64,000 nt of DNA from Raillietiella orientalis (Eukaryota). Shown piece by piece: positions 24,700 through 38,183 of the stretch. The DNA lies in assembly GCA_036172245.1 (NCBI GenBank), contig JAYWIR010000019.1, positions 2,480,001-2,544,000 of the forward strand, in the 5' to 3' direction. The number at the start of each line of letters is the position of its first letter. The first letter of the stretch is position 1. Under the pieces are notes generated by a model, which was given only the letters and a program-made list of their open reading frames with translations, was not told where the DNA came from and ran no database searches. A program made the translations under genes and the position numbers.

Positions 24700-26100
24700 T
24701 TGCTGCTGCTGCGGAGAAAGTGTCCCCCGCGGGAGATCTCTTTCCTGACTCTTCGCCCCTCTCCTATGCTCGTGCACGAGGAAACCTCCGAGTCTGCGTT
24801 GCTTGGCAACCGCATGCCCCCCTCCCTTCCTCTCAGGAGCTCCGCTGCAACGGATTCGGAGCAGGCGACGAACGGGAGGTTCCCCTCCTTACTTTCCTCC
24901 CCTCACTTCCGGTTCCCTGCGCCGACACGGCAGCGGCCAGCAGTCTCTTCCTCCCCCCCTTCTCCCCTTGTCTCTGCCGGAGGGCGTTTTCCCCATCTGC
25001 TCCCGTGCTTCGTGGAGGCGACCGGGTCCGCCTCCACCTCCTGCGCGGCTTCTCCTAGCAGTAGCAGCCTTGCCACCGCATGCTCGATCTCCATGCACAT
25101 TTCCCCTTTCGTCACCATGGAAGCGGCCTCTCCGTCGGAGGAGGCCTCCCGAGTCTTTCTCCCCTGGAAGGGACCGGAGTCCCCCTGCCGACGTGGAGGG
25201 GAGAAGAAAGAGGGTCTCTCAGCCCCAGGAACCACTTTGGAGTCGAAATCCAGGGGCACCACGTGATCAGGAGAGGGCGCTTCCGGGTTCAGCCGGATGC
25301 TCGCCGGGAAGAAGAGGGCGAAGGGCCTTGTTTGGGGGAGGAGGAAGGGAGGAACGAAGGAGGAAGAGGAAGGGAGCAGAAGAACGAGAAAGGAAGGGAC
25401 TCCAAGCGGCGGCCCCATCCAAAGTCTTTGGGCACCGGGAGCATCGAGAATCAGGTCAAAGCCACGATGACTTTCGCCTGTCGGATGCGGATGACCGACA
25501 GATTGCTGAGAGCGAGCCCCAGAGGCGGTCTCCGTGGCTGCGGCACACTTCCCGGCTGTGGGAAAAGAGCAAAGTCGAGGACACGCCATCAGTCCGGCTT
25601 TTCAAGAGGAGAGAGACAGTAAGGGAAAGGGCGAATGGACCGGATGCGGCGATGCCTCCTCATCTCGTGATCAGCAGCGGCTGAAGAGGTACAGGAGGCG
25701 TGCTGGAGGCATCCTCCTGGACCCGCAACGGGACCTCCTCGCCCCGGATCGCCGGACCAGCCATCGCAAGGAAAAGAATCACGTAGCTGGAGGAGGTCCG
25801 GCGCGCACCACGGCCCACAAACGGAGGGGACTCGAACTTGCCTGGGGCGGAACCGGAGAAAACTGCAGGGGGGGCAAGGAGCTCCCATCGGTCAGCTGAT
25901 CAGTGGACTGACCCCACGGTAGAGAACTCAGCCCCTGCGGGCCCGAGTGGAGCCGGAACGACAGGAGTGGGAGGTGGAGTGGTCGTCCCGAAGTCCTCCT
26001 CGAGCCACCGATCTATTCCTGGACTACTATGCAGCCCTGCGCATGCAAACGGCTTCCCGGAGCAGCGTCGCGTGCTCTTTCCATCCCGTATTGGGCGCAA
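24700..26100 (+). mobile_element. Degenerate LINE post-RT fragment
   Basis: LLRASPRGGL (25503-25532, ~LxxPxxxGGL). LELAWGGTG lies at the position equivalent to WELSCSIAG in the 19.9 kb copy. Confidence 0.35.
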
Positions 26101-27584
26101 GAGGGGAAAAGAGGGAAGAATGAGGAAGAAGGGCCGGGTGGGAGGGGGCAAGGGAGAAGATAGAAGGAGGAAGAGGAGGAGTGGTGCTGAGGAACGAGAA
26201 AGGAAGTGACGTTTCTCCGGAACGCACGGTGGCCTGGGGACTCACTAGCGGATGGTCCTGGAGAAGAAGGGCACGCACGGGGAGAAGTTGGCCACAGGCG
26301 GAGGAGGCGGCTTCGGGTGGCCTCGATGGTCCCCCGCTGGAAACCGTTGACGGGCCCTATATGGGGGCGCGCAGGGGAGCGAGGAGCCCGGGTCCTCCGT
26401 TCGTCGCGGGGTGATCGAGAGCAGTGGGAAGAAAGCATCCCTGGAGCTCCTCGGCGTGTTGCTCTCCGCTGCTTTCCGTTTCCGGGGGCGCGCGAGAGGC
26501 TCGGTCGCCCGGGAAACCGCCTTCTCCCGGAAAGCCTGCCGAAATGCGGACGTTGGAGCTACGAGACGAGAGGCGTCGCTCTCCCTCCCCTTCTTCCCCC
26601 TCTCTCCGGCTGGCTTCCCATGTTCCCGGGTGGGAGAGCACCTCCTTTCCCTCTCCAGAGCTCGAAGGAAGGGGACGCTCCCGCAGACGGCGGGAGGAGC
26701 TAGGGAGCGAGGAGGGATAGGGGACGAGGACTCTTCCAGAGGCAGCGAGGCGAAGCGGGGGAAGCGCTCTCGTGTCTCCGAGATTCCCTCTCCAGGGAGC
26801 GGAGAGGGAGTCCCCTGTTTCCTTCCCCTGCTCCGAAGAGGGGCGGGGGAAAGGAGGACCGGAGATAGGACCGAGGGGCTGGGGAGCAGGGAGGGAAGCT
26901 GTACGGCATCCTGCCCTCAGCCCGAGGGAGGCGTTTGCTCCTACTTCCCTTCTTTCAGGTGGGGAAGTGTCCCAGGAGACGCCCTCCGGGAAGGAGCGGG
27001 CGGAGGGGGTCAGTGCTTCTCCTTGGAGACCAACTCGGGGCACGCCCTCCCGCGATGACCCCCGGCGCGTTCCCACGGCGCGGCAACCGCCGGATTCGGG
27101 AGGAGGGATGGCTGGTAGGGGGGTTGCGTGAGCGTGACGCGGACCTCCCACTTCCGCGCAGACGTCGGGGGAGGACGGCGTGCAGGTCGAGCCGCGGCCA
27201 GAGTCTCCCGGTGGTCTCCGGGGAGAAGGGGGCGCCTCCGGGACGGCAAGTGCACCGCGCGGGCACAGCACCCACGAGCGTGGCGTTCTCCGGAACCGCG
27301 TCCCCCTTCCCCCGTGATGGATGGGCTCCCCCGCCTCCGACCAATCATGGGGTCGCGCCCGGCACTCCTCACTGGCCTCCCCATAAATCCCCCCGAGGAT
27401 TTCCGGAACGTTAATTAAATTCCATCTTCTTATTTATGGGCTGCCTCTGGACCACTTCTCCTGAAGGATAGGGGGGAAGCGGTGAGGCAGGCGCGTGTCC
27501 TCCCTAAGCGCGTGGCGGCTGGACGACCTGGCCATTCCCACGGTGAGGACCCTTCGGCAATTGCGAGGAGGAACGGAGGGTTCC

Positions 27585-27790
27585 AGGAGGAGGAAGGGCT
27601 GAGGAGGAGGAGGAGGGGAAAAAAAGGACGAAATGCGGAGGACGAAGAGAGGAAAGAAGAGAAGGAAGGGAGGAGGACAAAGGGAAAGCAAAGAGGAGAT
27701 GGAAGAGCAAGAAAAAATAGAGGTGGAGGAGGAAGAAAAAGACAAAAAGAAGACAAGCAGGAGGAGGAAGAAAAAGAAATGGAAGGGAAG
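27585..27790. repeat. Polypurine (GAG/GAA) low-complexity tract
   Basis: Directly visible. Confidence 0.9.
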
Positions 27791-27999
27791 ATGCTGGACG
27801 CAGCCAAAGAGGCCCTCGCTGCTCAGCTCAGCTCCCGCTCCTCGCCATGACGACGGGGTTCCCCGCGAAACCAGGGCGCCATCCCGGTCAAGCAGCCGCC
27901 GGCGCGGAAGATGCTCCCTGGAGATGCGGATGACTTGCTTCCCACGCACACTTCTCCCCTCTCCTCTCACCCCGCTTCGCGGGACGTAGCCATGCTCTT

Positions 28000-29900
28000 C
28001 GCCGAAGAAGCGTCCCGGAGCTTCTCCGGCTCCGTGACCACTGGTCTGCGTCCGTCCGTCGGGCCCCTGGCGGACGTTTCCGCAGACGCGGAGGCGCCGG
28101 CTTTGCTCGCGACGCTCATCCATCCATCACGTCGGAGGGTGCGCGCTGACAAGGGGACGATCGTTCCCGTGCGCTCCGGGGGGGAAGGGTCGCCGCTCTC
28201 GGGACGCTCGGACTGGCGTAGGATGGGATTCGCCCCGGGCGCGGAGCCACCACGCGTACGTGTCCGAGCGTGGGAGCGCGTGCCGGGACTCTTTGCACAT
28301 CCGGAACGCGCTACCGGAGGAGAGGTGGGGGCTGCTCTTTCCCTTCCCCTCTCTCTTCTTCTTGCCATTCCCTCCCATTCCATCCTCTCCCACCACAACT
28401 GCGCGTTCCCACCGGACTTCTTTGCCCCGTGTCCGAGGTGGCGCCGGACAATTCGGGAATCCAGCCCCTCCCCTGGACCGGATGGGACTGCAGACGGACG
28501 ATGGATGGGCATCCTAGAAGCCCAGGCGGGATGCTCCGGTGTCTTCATCCTGACTCCCTGGGCGCGAGATGCCGGGGCATCGCCGAGAGGACGTGAAAGA
28601 TTCCCTATCTTTCCTACCTGCATTCATCCCTTCGCCTCCTTTGTTCCCGACCACTCTGGAAATTCCTGTCGAGTGGCCGTTCGGACGTGGAGCCGGCGAT
28701 GCTAGCCGGAAAGAGATTCTTAAGTCTCCAGGCAGCAGCGGACGGGAGTGCGACCCAGCAGGAGACCAACCGCTTCGGCGGGGAGGCGGAAGGAACGGCT
28801 CAAAACTTTTCAGCCCACTTTTTTTTGAGATGCAGCTCCCCCCAGTGCATTCTCCAGCGCGCATTTACCCTGCATCTTCCTCGAGGGTGCTATGCTTTTC
28901 GGTATGGAAATGATGGCACACCTTCCTGGAGCAGCGCCGCAGCAAGGCATGGCTGCCTCGTCCTCCGGGCGTCAGCGGATCAGCATGGACCGAGTGCTTG
29001 GGAGGTCCTCGGTGTCCTCGAACATCTTCGAAAATATCGCGTGCGGCTCTCCCGTGCGTCTTCCTAAGCAACGTGGAAATCGGCTTTTTGAGGGTTACCC
29101 TCAATTTTCGTCCTTCTTTCTCTTAGATAATCCAGTGAGAAATCCGGCAACGCTTCCTTGGCAGGTCCGAGGCCAAAGCATTCCCTCTGTGGGGAGCGCC
29201 ACTTCGCACTGGAGGAGTGGCCTACGTGGTTGTGAGTGTGCCTGACCAGGATCAAGTCGTCCGCTGAAACTCCAGCAGAGTTCGAGGGCGAAGGCTGCGT
29301 CTCGAGACTGCAGAGCAGAGAGCGGATAAAAATGAGGATGCGCGGCTCACGAGGGCTGAACGCGTCGCGTGGTCCGAGACGCCGGCAGAGTCTCGTTATC
29401 GATCGGGAGAGCGTCCTTACGGATACTGCTCGACGCGTCTCCCGGGAAACTGGTGCGCCTCGCTGTGGGCCCTTCGGGGTTCGCCTCTGGACAGGAGTGA
29501 CGTCACTGGCGCCCCTCGGCTTTGCCGAGACCTCGACCACGGGATGGTCGCTGCAGAGGAACCTTCCTCACGAGCGCCCGTGGTCACCGTCGAGGTCGCC
29601 GTTCGCCGTTCTGCCCGATTTCCCATTCTGCCGCCGGCGAGGAAGGGGAGGGACAGCGCCTTCCCCCTCCCGACGGCAGCGGCAGCCTGGGCGTCGCGCG
29701 CATCCGGAGCTGCGGGATGAAATGCACCCTGCTGATGACTGCATCCCCGTCTCGGGCACTCCCTCCCATTCGTTTTCGCAAGGACGCTCCCGCTCTCCCG
29801 CGTGCTCGGCGAAAGGCGCGCTGCAGCGGGAGGAGAGGCGCTCCCCTGCCAACACCTGAATGCTGCGAACATCATTCATCCCCTCCTCCCTCCCTCCCTC
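28000..29900 (+). mobile_element. Degenerate LINE RT region
   Basis: Exact SPGPDG (28469-28486), then RCRGIA/EDVK, PFGRGAGD, APQQGMAAS, IFENIACG and FLRVTL in RT order. Confidence 0.6.
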
Positions 29901-30949
29901 CCTCCCTCCGCGCACGCCCTGGAAGCGGCCACGAGCCCGGCTGACGCTCCGCTGACAGCGCGCGCGCGCCCTCGCGAGAAAGGCGAGCAGCGGGATCACG
30001 CTGCAAAGGGGGGCATGGAGGGAGGGGTGGGAGAGAGGAAAGCAAATCGGGAATGCTGGAAGCAAGCAAGAGGCGGAAGCCAGAAGAAACGAGTTGCTCC
30101 CCCCTCTCCCGATGGGGACTCTTCCCGAGCGCACGTGGCGCCTCGTTCGACCCAGCGCGCCATGGGTGCTCAACTTCCCTCCCCAGGAAGAAACGCCTCC
30201 TATCCTTCCTCCCGGACACTTCAGGAATGAAGCGCATGCTTTGCATCCGTTTGGGGAGCATCCCAACGGCGCGCTATCAAAATCGAAGTCCTCGAATGAT
30301 CCTCCTCCTCCTCCCTTTGTCCTCCTCCTCCTCCTACCCGCTACTCTTCCTACTCATGGGCAGTGCGCCATGGGTACGGCGCTCATTGTGAATTTCTCGC
30401 GGCCTCTCCTGCTGTGACCCTTTCTCGGCTGGGGTGAGAGGAGAAAGGGGCGGTCGCGATCCTGCGGGATCTCCTCCCTGCTCCACAGGCGGATCAGGAG
30501 GGAAGGGGGTCCAGGGGGCGTACCATTTCTCTCTTCCTCTTCCTTCGTCCCCTCCTCGCGCCACTCGCAGCTTCCGAGATCCGACCTTCAGCAGCCTCCG
30601 TGCTCTTCTCCCCTCTCGTCAGCGGCGCTGATGGCCGGGATGAGAGGCATCAATTAGGGAACGCGTGTGAAGGATTGGGAGAGCGCGTCGGAGCGCGGGG
30701 GATCAGTAGGGGGACGGCAGATTCCTCTCTCCGAGAAACCCAGGAGATCTTCCCGATGCGCGGAATTTCGACGCCCTTTTTTGCCGCCCGCGCCGGAGGG
30801 AGAGACGAGAGTAGGCGGCGCACGAGGCGCGCTTGGGATCACTCGAGATCCTCTCAGGTTCCGCCGGGCGCTTTCCTGCTCTTTCGCTCCCGCCTCTCCT
30901 CCCGCCTCAGCTCCAGAAACTTCCCCCCCCCCCCCTCCCTCCACCTTCC

Positions 30950-31420
30950 TCATCATTTCGAGTTCCGCGTGCGCCGCGCGCCGCTTTCGCCCAGCAAGGA
31001 CGGGCCAAGGGGAAAGTGGGGCCATCCCCCTCCGGATGGAAGCATTCCGGGAAGTCGGAGGTGGAGAGCGCCACGTCCCTCCCTTCGGCGCGGAGGAGCC
31101 GAGAGGGCGGCATGCTGATGCACCGAGCAGGAGGAGGTGGGACAGAGGGCAGTACCGACCGCTGATCTGTCTCCGTCCGATCCCAGGAAGTATACGTGGG
31201 CGCGGCACTGCCACCTACCCAGAGAGTCCCCCTCCCCTGTCAGGGACGGGTTGTGCCGCCTCGAGAGGGCTCTTCTGGCCCGATTTGGTCCCGAGACTGG
31301 TGCGCGGCGGACATGCCTTCCTCCATTCCTCCACCTGACCCAGCTGGGAGGGGCCCCAAAGCCGTCACAAGATAGGAAAAGGTGAACAGCGGCACAGCGA
31401 AGCCGGCCGTGACCTTTTTT
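30950..31420 (+). mobile_element. Possible LINE RT N-terminal fragment
   Basis: QYRPLICL (31150-31173, ~NYRPISL). Little other support. Confidence 0.3.
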
Positions 31421-33549
31421 TCCTTTCCCCTTCCTCGATCTCTCTCTTCCTCCCCCCTACCTCCTCCATCTCTCCCTCTCTTCCTCCTCGATTCCCCGCG
31501 GGCTCTCCGTTGACTCCTCTCTGAGGGAAGCGAAAGCAGTTGACTTTCCGGTTGCCTCCGGATCCTTCTCGCACATCGGCCAGTCGAGAAGGGTCTTCAT
31601 CAGCCTGTCCCGCTTGGGGGGAGGAGGGGAGCATGGAGGGAAGATCTGTGGATCGCGCTGCTGCCTCTCGAGGGTTTTCTCCAGGGTCCTCGGGGCGTTT
31701 CCAGGGTGTTCCTGTTTCCCCCGGGCATGGCCTCAGTACGAGTAGCTGCCCTCTTCCTTTTCTTCCCGAAGCTCGCTCCGGGAAGAAGGGAAGGTGGAGG
31801 AGAGAAAGATTGCCCCTGCCACATCCAGGAAGCTGCAGCCCGGATCCGCGTCCCGGGGAGACCGTGACGTCGGCGAGGCGCAGGCGTATTCCAGCCTGGA
31901 GCCTCCGATGCCACCATCCCTCGGGGAAGTGAGGGGGGAGGTAGGAGGAGGAGGATGAATCTCCCGCTCCCTTTTCTTGCAGCTGCTGCTGTTTTCCGGG
32001 AAGGCTCACGTTCCTCCCTTGCGGAGCTTCCAGGACGTCTGCGAAGATCCTTCGTTGCGCATTCCTGGAATTCCTGCTCCCAGGAGGAGGGATTAGTGGA
32101 GGGAGAGCGGCGGCTGCATCCGCGGAGGAGCCAAGTCCCCCGCTGGTATTTTGGATGCTCCCGTCATGGCAGCGGTCGCTCCCGGCGCGCCGTTGCTGAC
32201 GGACCGCGGCGGAGGAGCACTGATGGGTAGCCGAAGATGCGCGTCTCCGAGTCGCCTGCCCTTCCTCGCCCCCCATCCATGGCCCGCGGTCTCCTTCCAG
32301 CGGGCGCGCAAGAGCCTCCCGACCTCAGCGGTTGCCAGAGAGGGTCCCTCGTTGCCCTTCCTTGCAGGGGCGGCTCGAACCAGCGACGCGGGCGGATCCA
32401 GGAAGAGAGGACAGTGGCAGTAAGTCATCCAGAGTCAAACTCAGGGACTCTCCAGGCGCGCAGACCTTCGGATTTTGGCCCATCTTCCTTGAGAGCCTCC
32501 TCGTTAAGGGGGACCGTTAAGTGGACTTACAGCTGAATGGAAGCTGCCCCAGATCTTGACTCCTTAAATGCAGAATCGATCCCTGCAGGGTTGCCAGCGT
32601 AAAATTGCCGTCGAGATAGAGTGGCAAAAAAAGGAAGAAAAAAAAAAAAACGCCTAAGAAGGAGAGGAAGACAAGGAGGAGGAGGAGAAGGAGGAGAGAA
32701 AGCGGAAGAAAATCTCTCTGGATCGTGTTTTTGTTGAGCTTGTGGTCAGGCGCGCGTGCACCCGCGCATTGGAGGATGCGCGCGCGCCTCCATGTTTTCT
32801 TTTTTTTCTTTCCTTCCCCTCCCCCCCCTTCTTCCTCCGGCGGGGAACACGTTAATTGAAAAGCACGTCCGACTGCCTCGCTGATGGACCGCCAGAGGGA
32901 GCTCCTTAAATGCGAGAAGAACCAGCGTTCATGCATGCGCGGTCGTCCTCCAGGAGGCTCGCATCTGGAGCCAGGAACGGAGCGGGCCAAGGCTTCCCCA
33001 TCCCTTGCTCGCTCCCTCCGCGAGCCGAGCACGGAACGCGAGTTGTCCGCCTGGTCCGCGTTGCCCTTACACGGTTAGGGGATGGGGGGGGGGGGGGGAC
33101 GCTCCACCCCTTCGGCGACCACCTCGCCCTGTCAAGTTCCAGGCGTGCATCCACGAGGATGCGGCGGTTGCCCGTTTGACGCTCGAGTCCAGACGGCGCC
33201 CCTCCGGAATCCACGTGGTCCAGACGCCAGCTGGAAGGACGGGTGGTAGAGGGACCGGTCCGGTGCGCGAAGGGAGCTCTTCGGCAGGGGAGGGAGGGCA
33301 GGAAGGAAAGGCCGGTCCTGCAGCGGCGATCCTACAAGCTCCCCCGGAGGGACGGGGGGCTCCGACCCGGACCGACCGCGCACGGCGCGCACCCTTCACG
33401 TTCGGATGAGCGCGTCGCTCCCGGGAGCGAGCGAGGAGCTGGACTATTCCGCTTAACGGCGGAGCGTCCCCCGGGGTCGGCCGGTCGCAGAGGCGCGCGT
33501 AGGGATCCCCGCGCAACGGAGGGACTCTCGGCGCGAAGGGAGAAAGTTC

Positions 33550-33750
33550 CCGCGCCGTGATTTACAGCGGGGAAAGAGACACGGGCAGAGGGCGCTGCTC
33601 CAACAATCTAATTAAGGGGGAGGGGACATCTCCGTCGTTTGTTAAGGGCGCTGCAGCCCCCGACCGCTCGGCGGAAGAAGGGCGCGCCGAGTGGGTCCCC
33701 CCCGCGCGCGCGTGATTACGGGGGCTGTGATTTACAGGTTTACGGCCGTC
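33550..33750. promoter_or_regulatory. Putative enhancer: cluster of homeodomain/Hox-Pbx(Exd)-type and Sox-type sites in CpG-rich DNA
   Basis: TGATTTAC at 33558-33565 and 33728-33735, TTTACGGCC at 33739-33747, TGATTACG at 33713-33720, AACAAT at 33602-33607 and CTAATTAAG at 33608-33616. Motif match only. Confidence 0.35.
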
Positions 33751-34894
33751 GCTCGCCTCGGTCGCTCTCGCTACGTCACGCGGGAACCGGCTGCGCGCGC
33801 GTCACCGAGCGGCGCTGCCATCGCCGGGTGGAGGCTAGCGGAAGGCACGGCGCGCGCGCGCGCGCGCGCACCGGGGGCGCTCTCCCGCAGGCGCCACCAG
33901 GGCCCCTCGCCGGAGAGCGAAAGCCCCTGGCGCGCGCGCCTGGGGGCAAAGTGACGACACGACCCTCCGGCCGGCCAGATGCGAGGGAGGGCTCCCCGTC
34001 GGGAACAGGCAGGAGGTGCAGACAGCAGCTCCTCCTCGGTGGAGGACAGCCGGGGCGTTCCCGGAGAGTCGGGTGGCGGCGGCGGGGTGGAGCAAGCCGG
34101 CCCCGGAACTGGCCGGGACGCTCCTTCCTCCCGCTGGAGCGTCCTATTTCCCCCTGAGCGGAGGTGGAGAGGAAGGGGGGGGGGGGGCGTGGCGAAGAAA
34201 CCCTGCGGAGGATGCGCTTCCGCAGCGTTTGGGTTCCGCGTCCGGCCCTCCTCCTTGTTAACAGCCCGTAGTCTTGTTCCCGGGAGGGGGAAAAGGCGAG
34301 GTGTCTGTCAGCGCCGAGCGTCCCCGCGCGCTCGCTCGCGCGGCATCTGCGCCGCGCGCCGTCACTCAACCTCGGGACGAAAACCCGATCGATGCGTCCA
34401 CAGGAAAGGGGGAAGGGAGGGAAGGGGGGAGAGCACTTCCTGCGCGCAGAGGCACCCCGCCACGAAATTGCTCGCAGGTGCGTCTCCGGCTGCACAAAGG
34501 AGCGGCTGACCAGCGCGCTCCCCCGTTGCCAGGAGTCGGGAGCGCGCACCCAGAGCCAAATTAAACGCGCCCGGGATGGAGACGATCCCTCGCTGACACG
34601 TAAGAAAATATCCTTTTTCCTCCGGGAACTTATTAAAGCTAACAATGGGGAGTGGGGGAGTTTCCGCGAGGGAGGGAGGCTCGCTCGGGGCATCCTCCTT
34701 CCCAAAAGAGCCCCATGAAGCGCACGCCGGGAGGCAGGCCAGGCGACGCGCCCCAGCAGGTCACGCGTCCGAAATCCGTACTTCTCTTTCTCCCCGGATT
34801 TGGGATTTGTCAAGGGAGCGCTTTCCTCCCCCCTGGTGCGCGCCGGCTTGAGGGGAACCGACCAGTGCCGAAGAGCCAAGAGTCCTCGGACTCC

Positions 34895-35025
34895 CTTCCT
34901 CATCGTCCATCCTTTCCTTCTTCCCTTCTTTACTCTCTTCCTCCTTTTCTTCCTTCTTGCGTCCTCCTCCTTCCTTCCTTCCTTCCTTCCCTCGTCCTTC
35001 TTTTTTCTCTTCTTTCCCGTCTTCT
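34895..35025. repeat. Polypyrimidine low-complexity tract
   Basis: Directly visible (CCTT/CTT). Confidence 0.9.
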
Positions 35026-35965
35026 CCCGGCATGCACCGTGTCCTGGGGAGCCTTCGGCCGCAGCCAGCAGACACCTTACCCCGCGGAGGAAGCGAGGCG
35101 CCGGCTTTCTCGCCTGCCCGTCCCTTCCCGTCAGTACAGCCTCTCGGAGGAACCGCGAGTGGATGGGAGGGAGGAGGTGGGGGGTGATCGAGTCAAGCCA
35201 CCCCACCAGTTTCCGCCGTTTCTTCTGACCGTATGTGGGCAGCGTCCTTCCGACTCCCTTTGCGCGCTCGCGAGCTCTTTCCAGGACCCACCTTGACGGG
35301 AGGTGAAGGGAAGAGGAAGAAGAAAGGAGGGAGGCGGGGAAAAATCGCAGATTTGGATGGTTTCCCCCCTCCGTCTCCGGTTGAGGGCGCTGCCCTCCCC
35401 ACGCCCGCATCGCCGCCGCTCGGACGATCCGTGCGGAACCTCCAGCCATTTTTCTTCCTTTCCTTTTTTTTTTTTTCTTTTTTTATGCCGAGCTGCCCTC
35501 CGCATCCTTCATAGCTGCAGTCGCGGAGATCTCTTAATCATCTGCTCACCGGAGGAGCTCCTTGTCTGGGAGCACCGCGGCGAACTGGGAGGGAGCAAAA
35601 CAAACACCTCCCGCGCGACCTTCTCAGGGCTGGGGGAGGCTCACGCCTTCTCGGAGACCGACGCCCTCTGGGGTGGCCGGAGGAAGGGCGCGCGAGGGGA
35701 GGGAGGCGACTGCGGCTCGCCTCGAAGGGCATGTCCGTGCCGCCGCCGAGCCCCGCTCGGCGAAGAAGGCGGGCGGAGGCCGGGAAGGCTCACGCCGAGA
35801 GTGGCGGGGATGCCCTCGGGGCTTCACGAGCAAAGCGTCTTCCACAGACGCCTCAACAATTCATTTTCATTTTGGGGGAGCCGATGAAGAGCGAAGCTGT
35901 TTTCCAAGGACCAGTCGCAGCCGACGAGGCGTGTTGCCTCCGGGAAGGAAGGGGAGTCCTCAGCC

Positions 35966-36135
35966 GCCTTTCCTCTTCCTCCACCTCCTCCCTTTCTCCT
36001 CTTTCTTCTCATCTTCCCCTTCATCCTCCTCTCCTTCTTCCCTTATACCTCCTTCTCCTGCTCCACAATTCTTCCTTCCCTTTTCTTTCTCTTTCTTTCA
36101 TCCTCTTTCCTCTCCCCTCTTTATTTCTTCCTTCT
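35966..36135. repeat. Polypyrimidine low-complexity tract
   Basis: Directly visible. Confidence 0.9.
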
Positions 36136-36949
36136 TGTACTCCTCGTCCCACGCCTCCGGTTTCTCTGGCCGTAAAATGCGTTCCCGGAACAGACGTGGC
36201 ATGTGGGGTTCGCGTTTCCTTGGAGACAGCAGACATGGTGGGGGCATCTTCGTGGGATATCTGTGTAGTCCCTGCGCAGCCCTTCCGATCACGTGCAGCT
36301 GAGAATCCCTGGAAGCCTCCTTCGCGTCGGGCTCTGCTCCCCGGCCTCGCACAAAGGGGACCCTCTCTCCCACGGTCCCGCGAAGGGGACTCCTGGAAGA
36401 GGTGCGCTCTTCCCGCGATGCAACCAGCGACTGGAACCGAAAATGCGGTCCAAATGAGTCTCCTTTCAGGAAGACTGAGTTTCAGATCTTTGGGGAGGAC
36501 TGGGAAATAAAGAAGGGGGGGATGGAGGAGGAGGAGACGGAAGGAAGAGGACGCAGAGGAGCGCGAACGAAGGGGCTCCATGACAACGATGCTCCCGAGG
36601 CGAACGGCTGTTCCCATGGAAGAGCAACTCTGCCGCCACCGCCTCCTCTTCCCCCCGCAATCCTCCCGTGAGGACGGCGGCTGCCGCTGACACTGTGGAA
36701 CCTCCTGGGCCAGGCAGCCTCCTCGGTCTCCAAGGAGCGGACGTATAAATAACTCTCGTTGCCACGGGTGCGTCCTGCGTATACTGCGAAGCGCGCGAGC
36801 GCATCCCGAGGGCGGTCTGAGCCTCACCCGCTGCCGCCACCCTCCTGGAGGAGTGAGAGGAATTCTGGACCCGGAAATCTCTCGGGATCCCCCGTTAAAA
36901 TATTCATCGCTTCCGGAAGACTTCGCGCAGGTCCTGGCAGGCGCCGTCG

Positions 36950-37800
36950 CGCTGGCGACGCCAGCTGTTGCGCGAGCCTCTTGCACGCGTACTCTGGTGC
37001 GTGCGCGCGCATCCGGATGATTGCAGGCGTGTGAAAGGAGGCAAGTGGGAGGGAAAGAGGAAGGAGGAGCAGCAGCGACAGGGGGGCGCTCTGGGAGCGA
37101 CCTCATCGTGGGCGGACGGTGCTGCCCGGAGAACTCCTGTAGGTTCGTTCGCAACATATGAGTCCAGTCCAGAGCGGAAGCGCCCGCGGTGGAAGGCATC
37201 CCTCCCTTCCCGCCTTGTCGCCACCGGTGCTCATCTTTCCTCTGCGTCCTCCGTAGCATCCCTCGCTCTCCTCGACGACGTTTCCATTTCTGCTCGCGGA
37301 AGCGGAGTCTCCTCCACTGTGAGTCTTCCCTTCGAAACGCTCAGTGGCAACTGGTCGGTGCAACACCGTCTGGAAACCTTCCAGGACGGTGAAGAGGGGA
37401 TCTGCCCCTCTAGAGCAGATCGCCTCCAGCATCCCTCCTGGCAACTCTGCCGCCGCGGTTTCCTCCTCCTTCGAGCATTCCAAGAGAGATCGCCCCTCGG
37501 AAGAGGCCCGCAAGGACGACCGCTTCCGGAGCAGCTCCGAGGAAAGCACTCCTAAGGCAACCGCACTAGAGCTTCGATCCAAAGATTCCGTGACCCGTGA
37601 CCCCGCCGGCAGCTACCGCGACCGGACAGCTGCCGGCGAAAGAAGCGTGTCTTTCTCTCCCTCCCTCTTTTATCCCCCCCCCTTCCTGCTGAACGTGCGC
37701 GTGGTCCCCAAGGAAAAGAGTTGCAGCCGATGTCGCAGAGACGTCTCGGAGCTTCGGCGTTTCTCTACAGGCGGCAGGAGCGTCGACGAGGCGCGCGAGC
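36950..37800 (+). mobile_element. Degenerate LINE RT catalytic region
   Basis: SLALLDDVSISA (~37259-37294, ~SAYADDVTI) followed at the expected spacing by FETLSG (37331-37348, ~FExASG). Confidence 0.55.
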
Positions 37801-38183
37801 CGTCCGACCCGTGAGGTTCCGCAAGGGAACTCGCCGCTCGTCCGCTGAGAGGACGCGAGCGACCCGTCGCCCACCACGCTGCTTGCCTTCCTGACATACC
37901 CCTTTTCCCATTGACGCCATCCTTTCCCCATGCTGGCGTCCATCCATTTCGTTATCCCGGCGGAGCCGACGTCCCACCGATATAACGAAATCCGGTCCAA
38001 TCGCAAGCCTCCGCTCACTTTCCGGTCGGGGGAGGGGGGGAAGGCAAGAAACGCCTTCAGGCACATCCTGACTCCGGAGAACGCCGTCGTCACCCCTCTG
38101 AAAGTTGATCGATCGACTCTCCTGCAGCCTCCAAGTCGGCAGTCGCTCCTCCAGTCGCTCCGAGTTCCAGCAAGGCAGTTCCG

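Noticed and set aside
33776..35449. 557-aa ORF on the - strand
   Set aside because: Arg/Gly/Lys-rich translation of GC-rich and polypyrimidine low-complexity DNA. No domain recognised, and overlapping ORFs occur in all frames.
36770..37780. Hox-cluster microRNAs (cgtatactg ~ miR-iab-4; ctctacagg ~ miR-993)
   Set aside because: Only ~9-nt partial matches, with no full mature sequence or convincing precursor. No homeobox exon (WFQNRR) was found.
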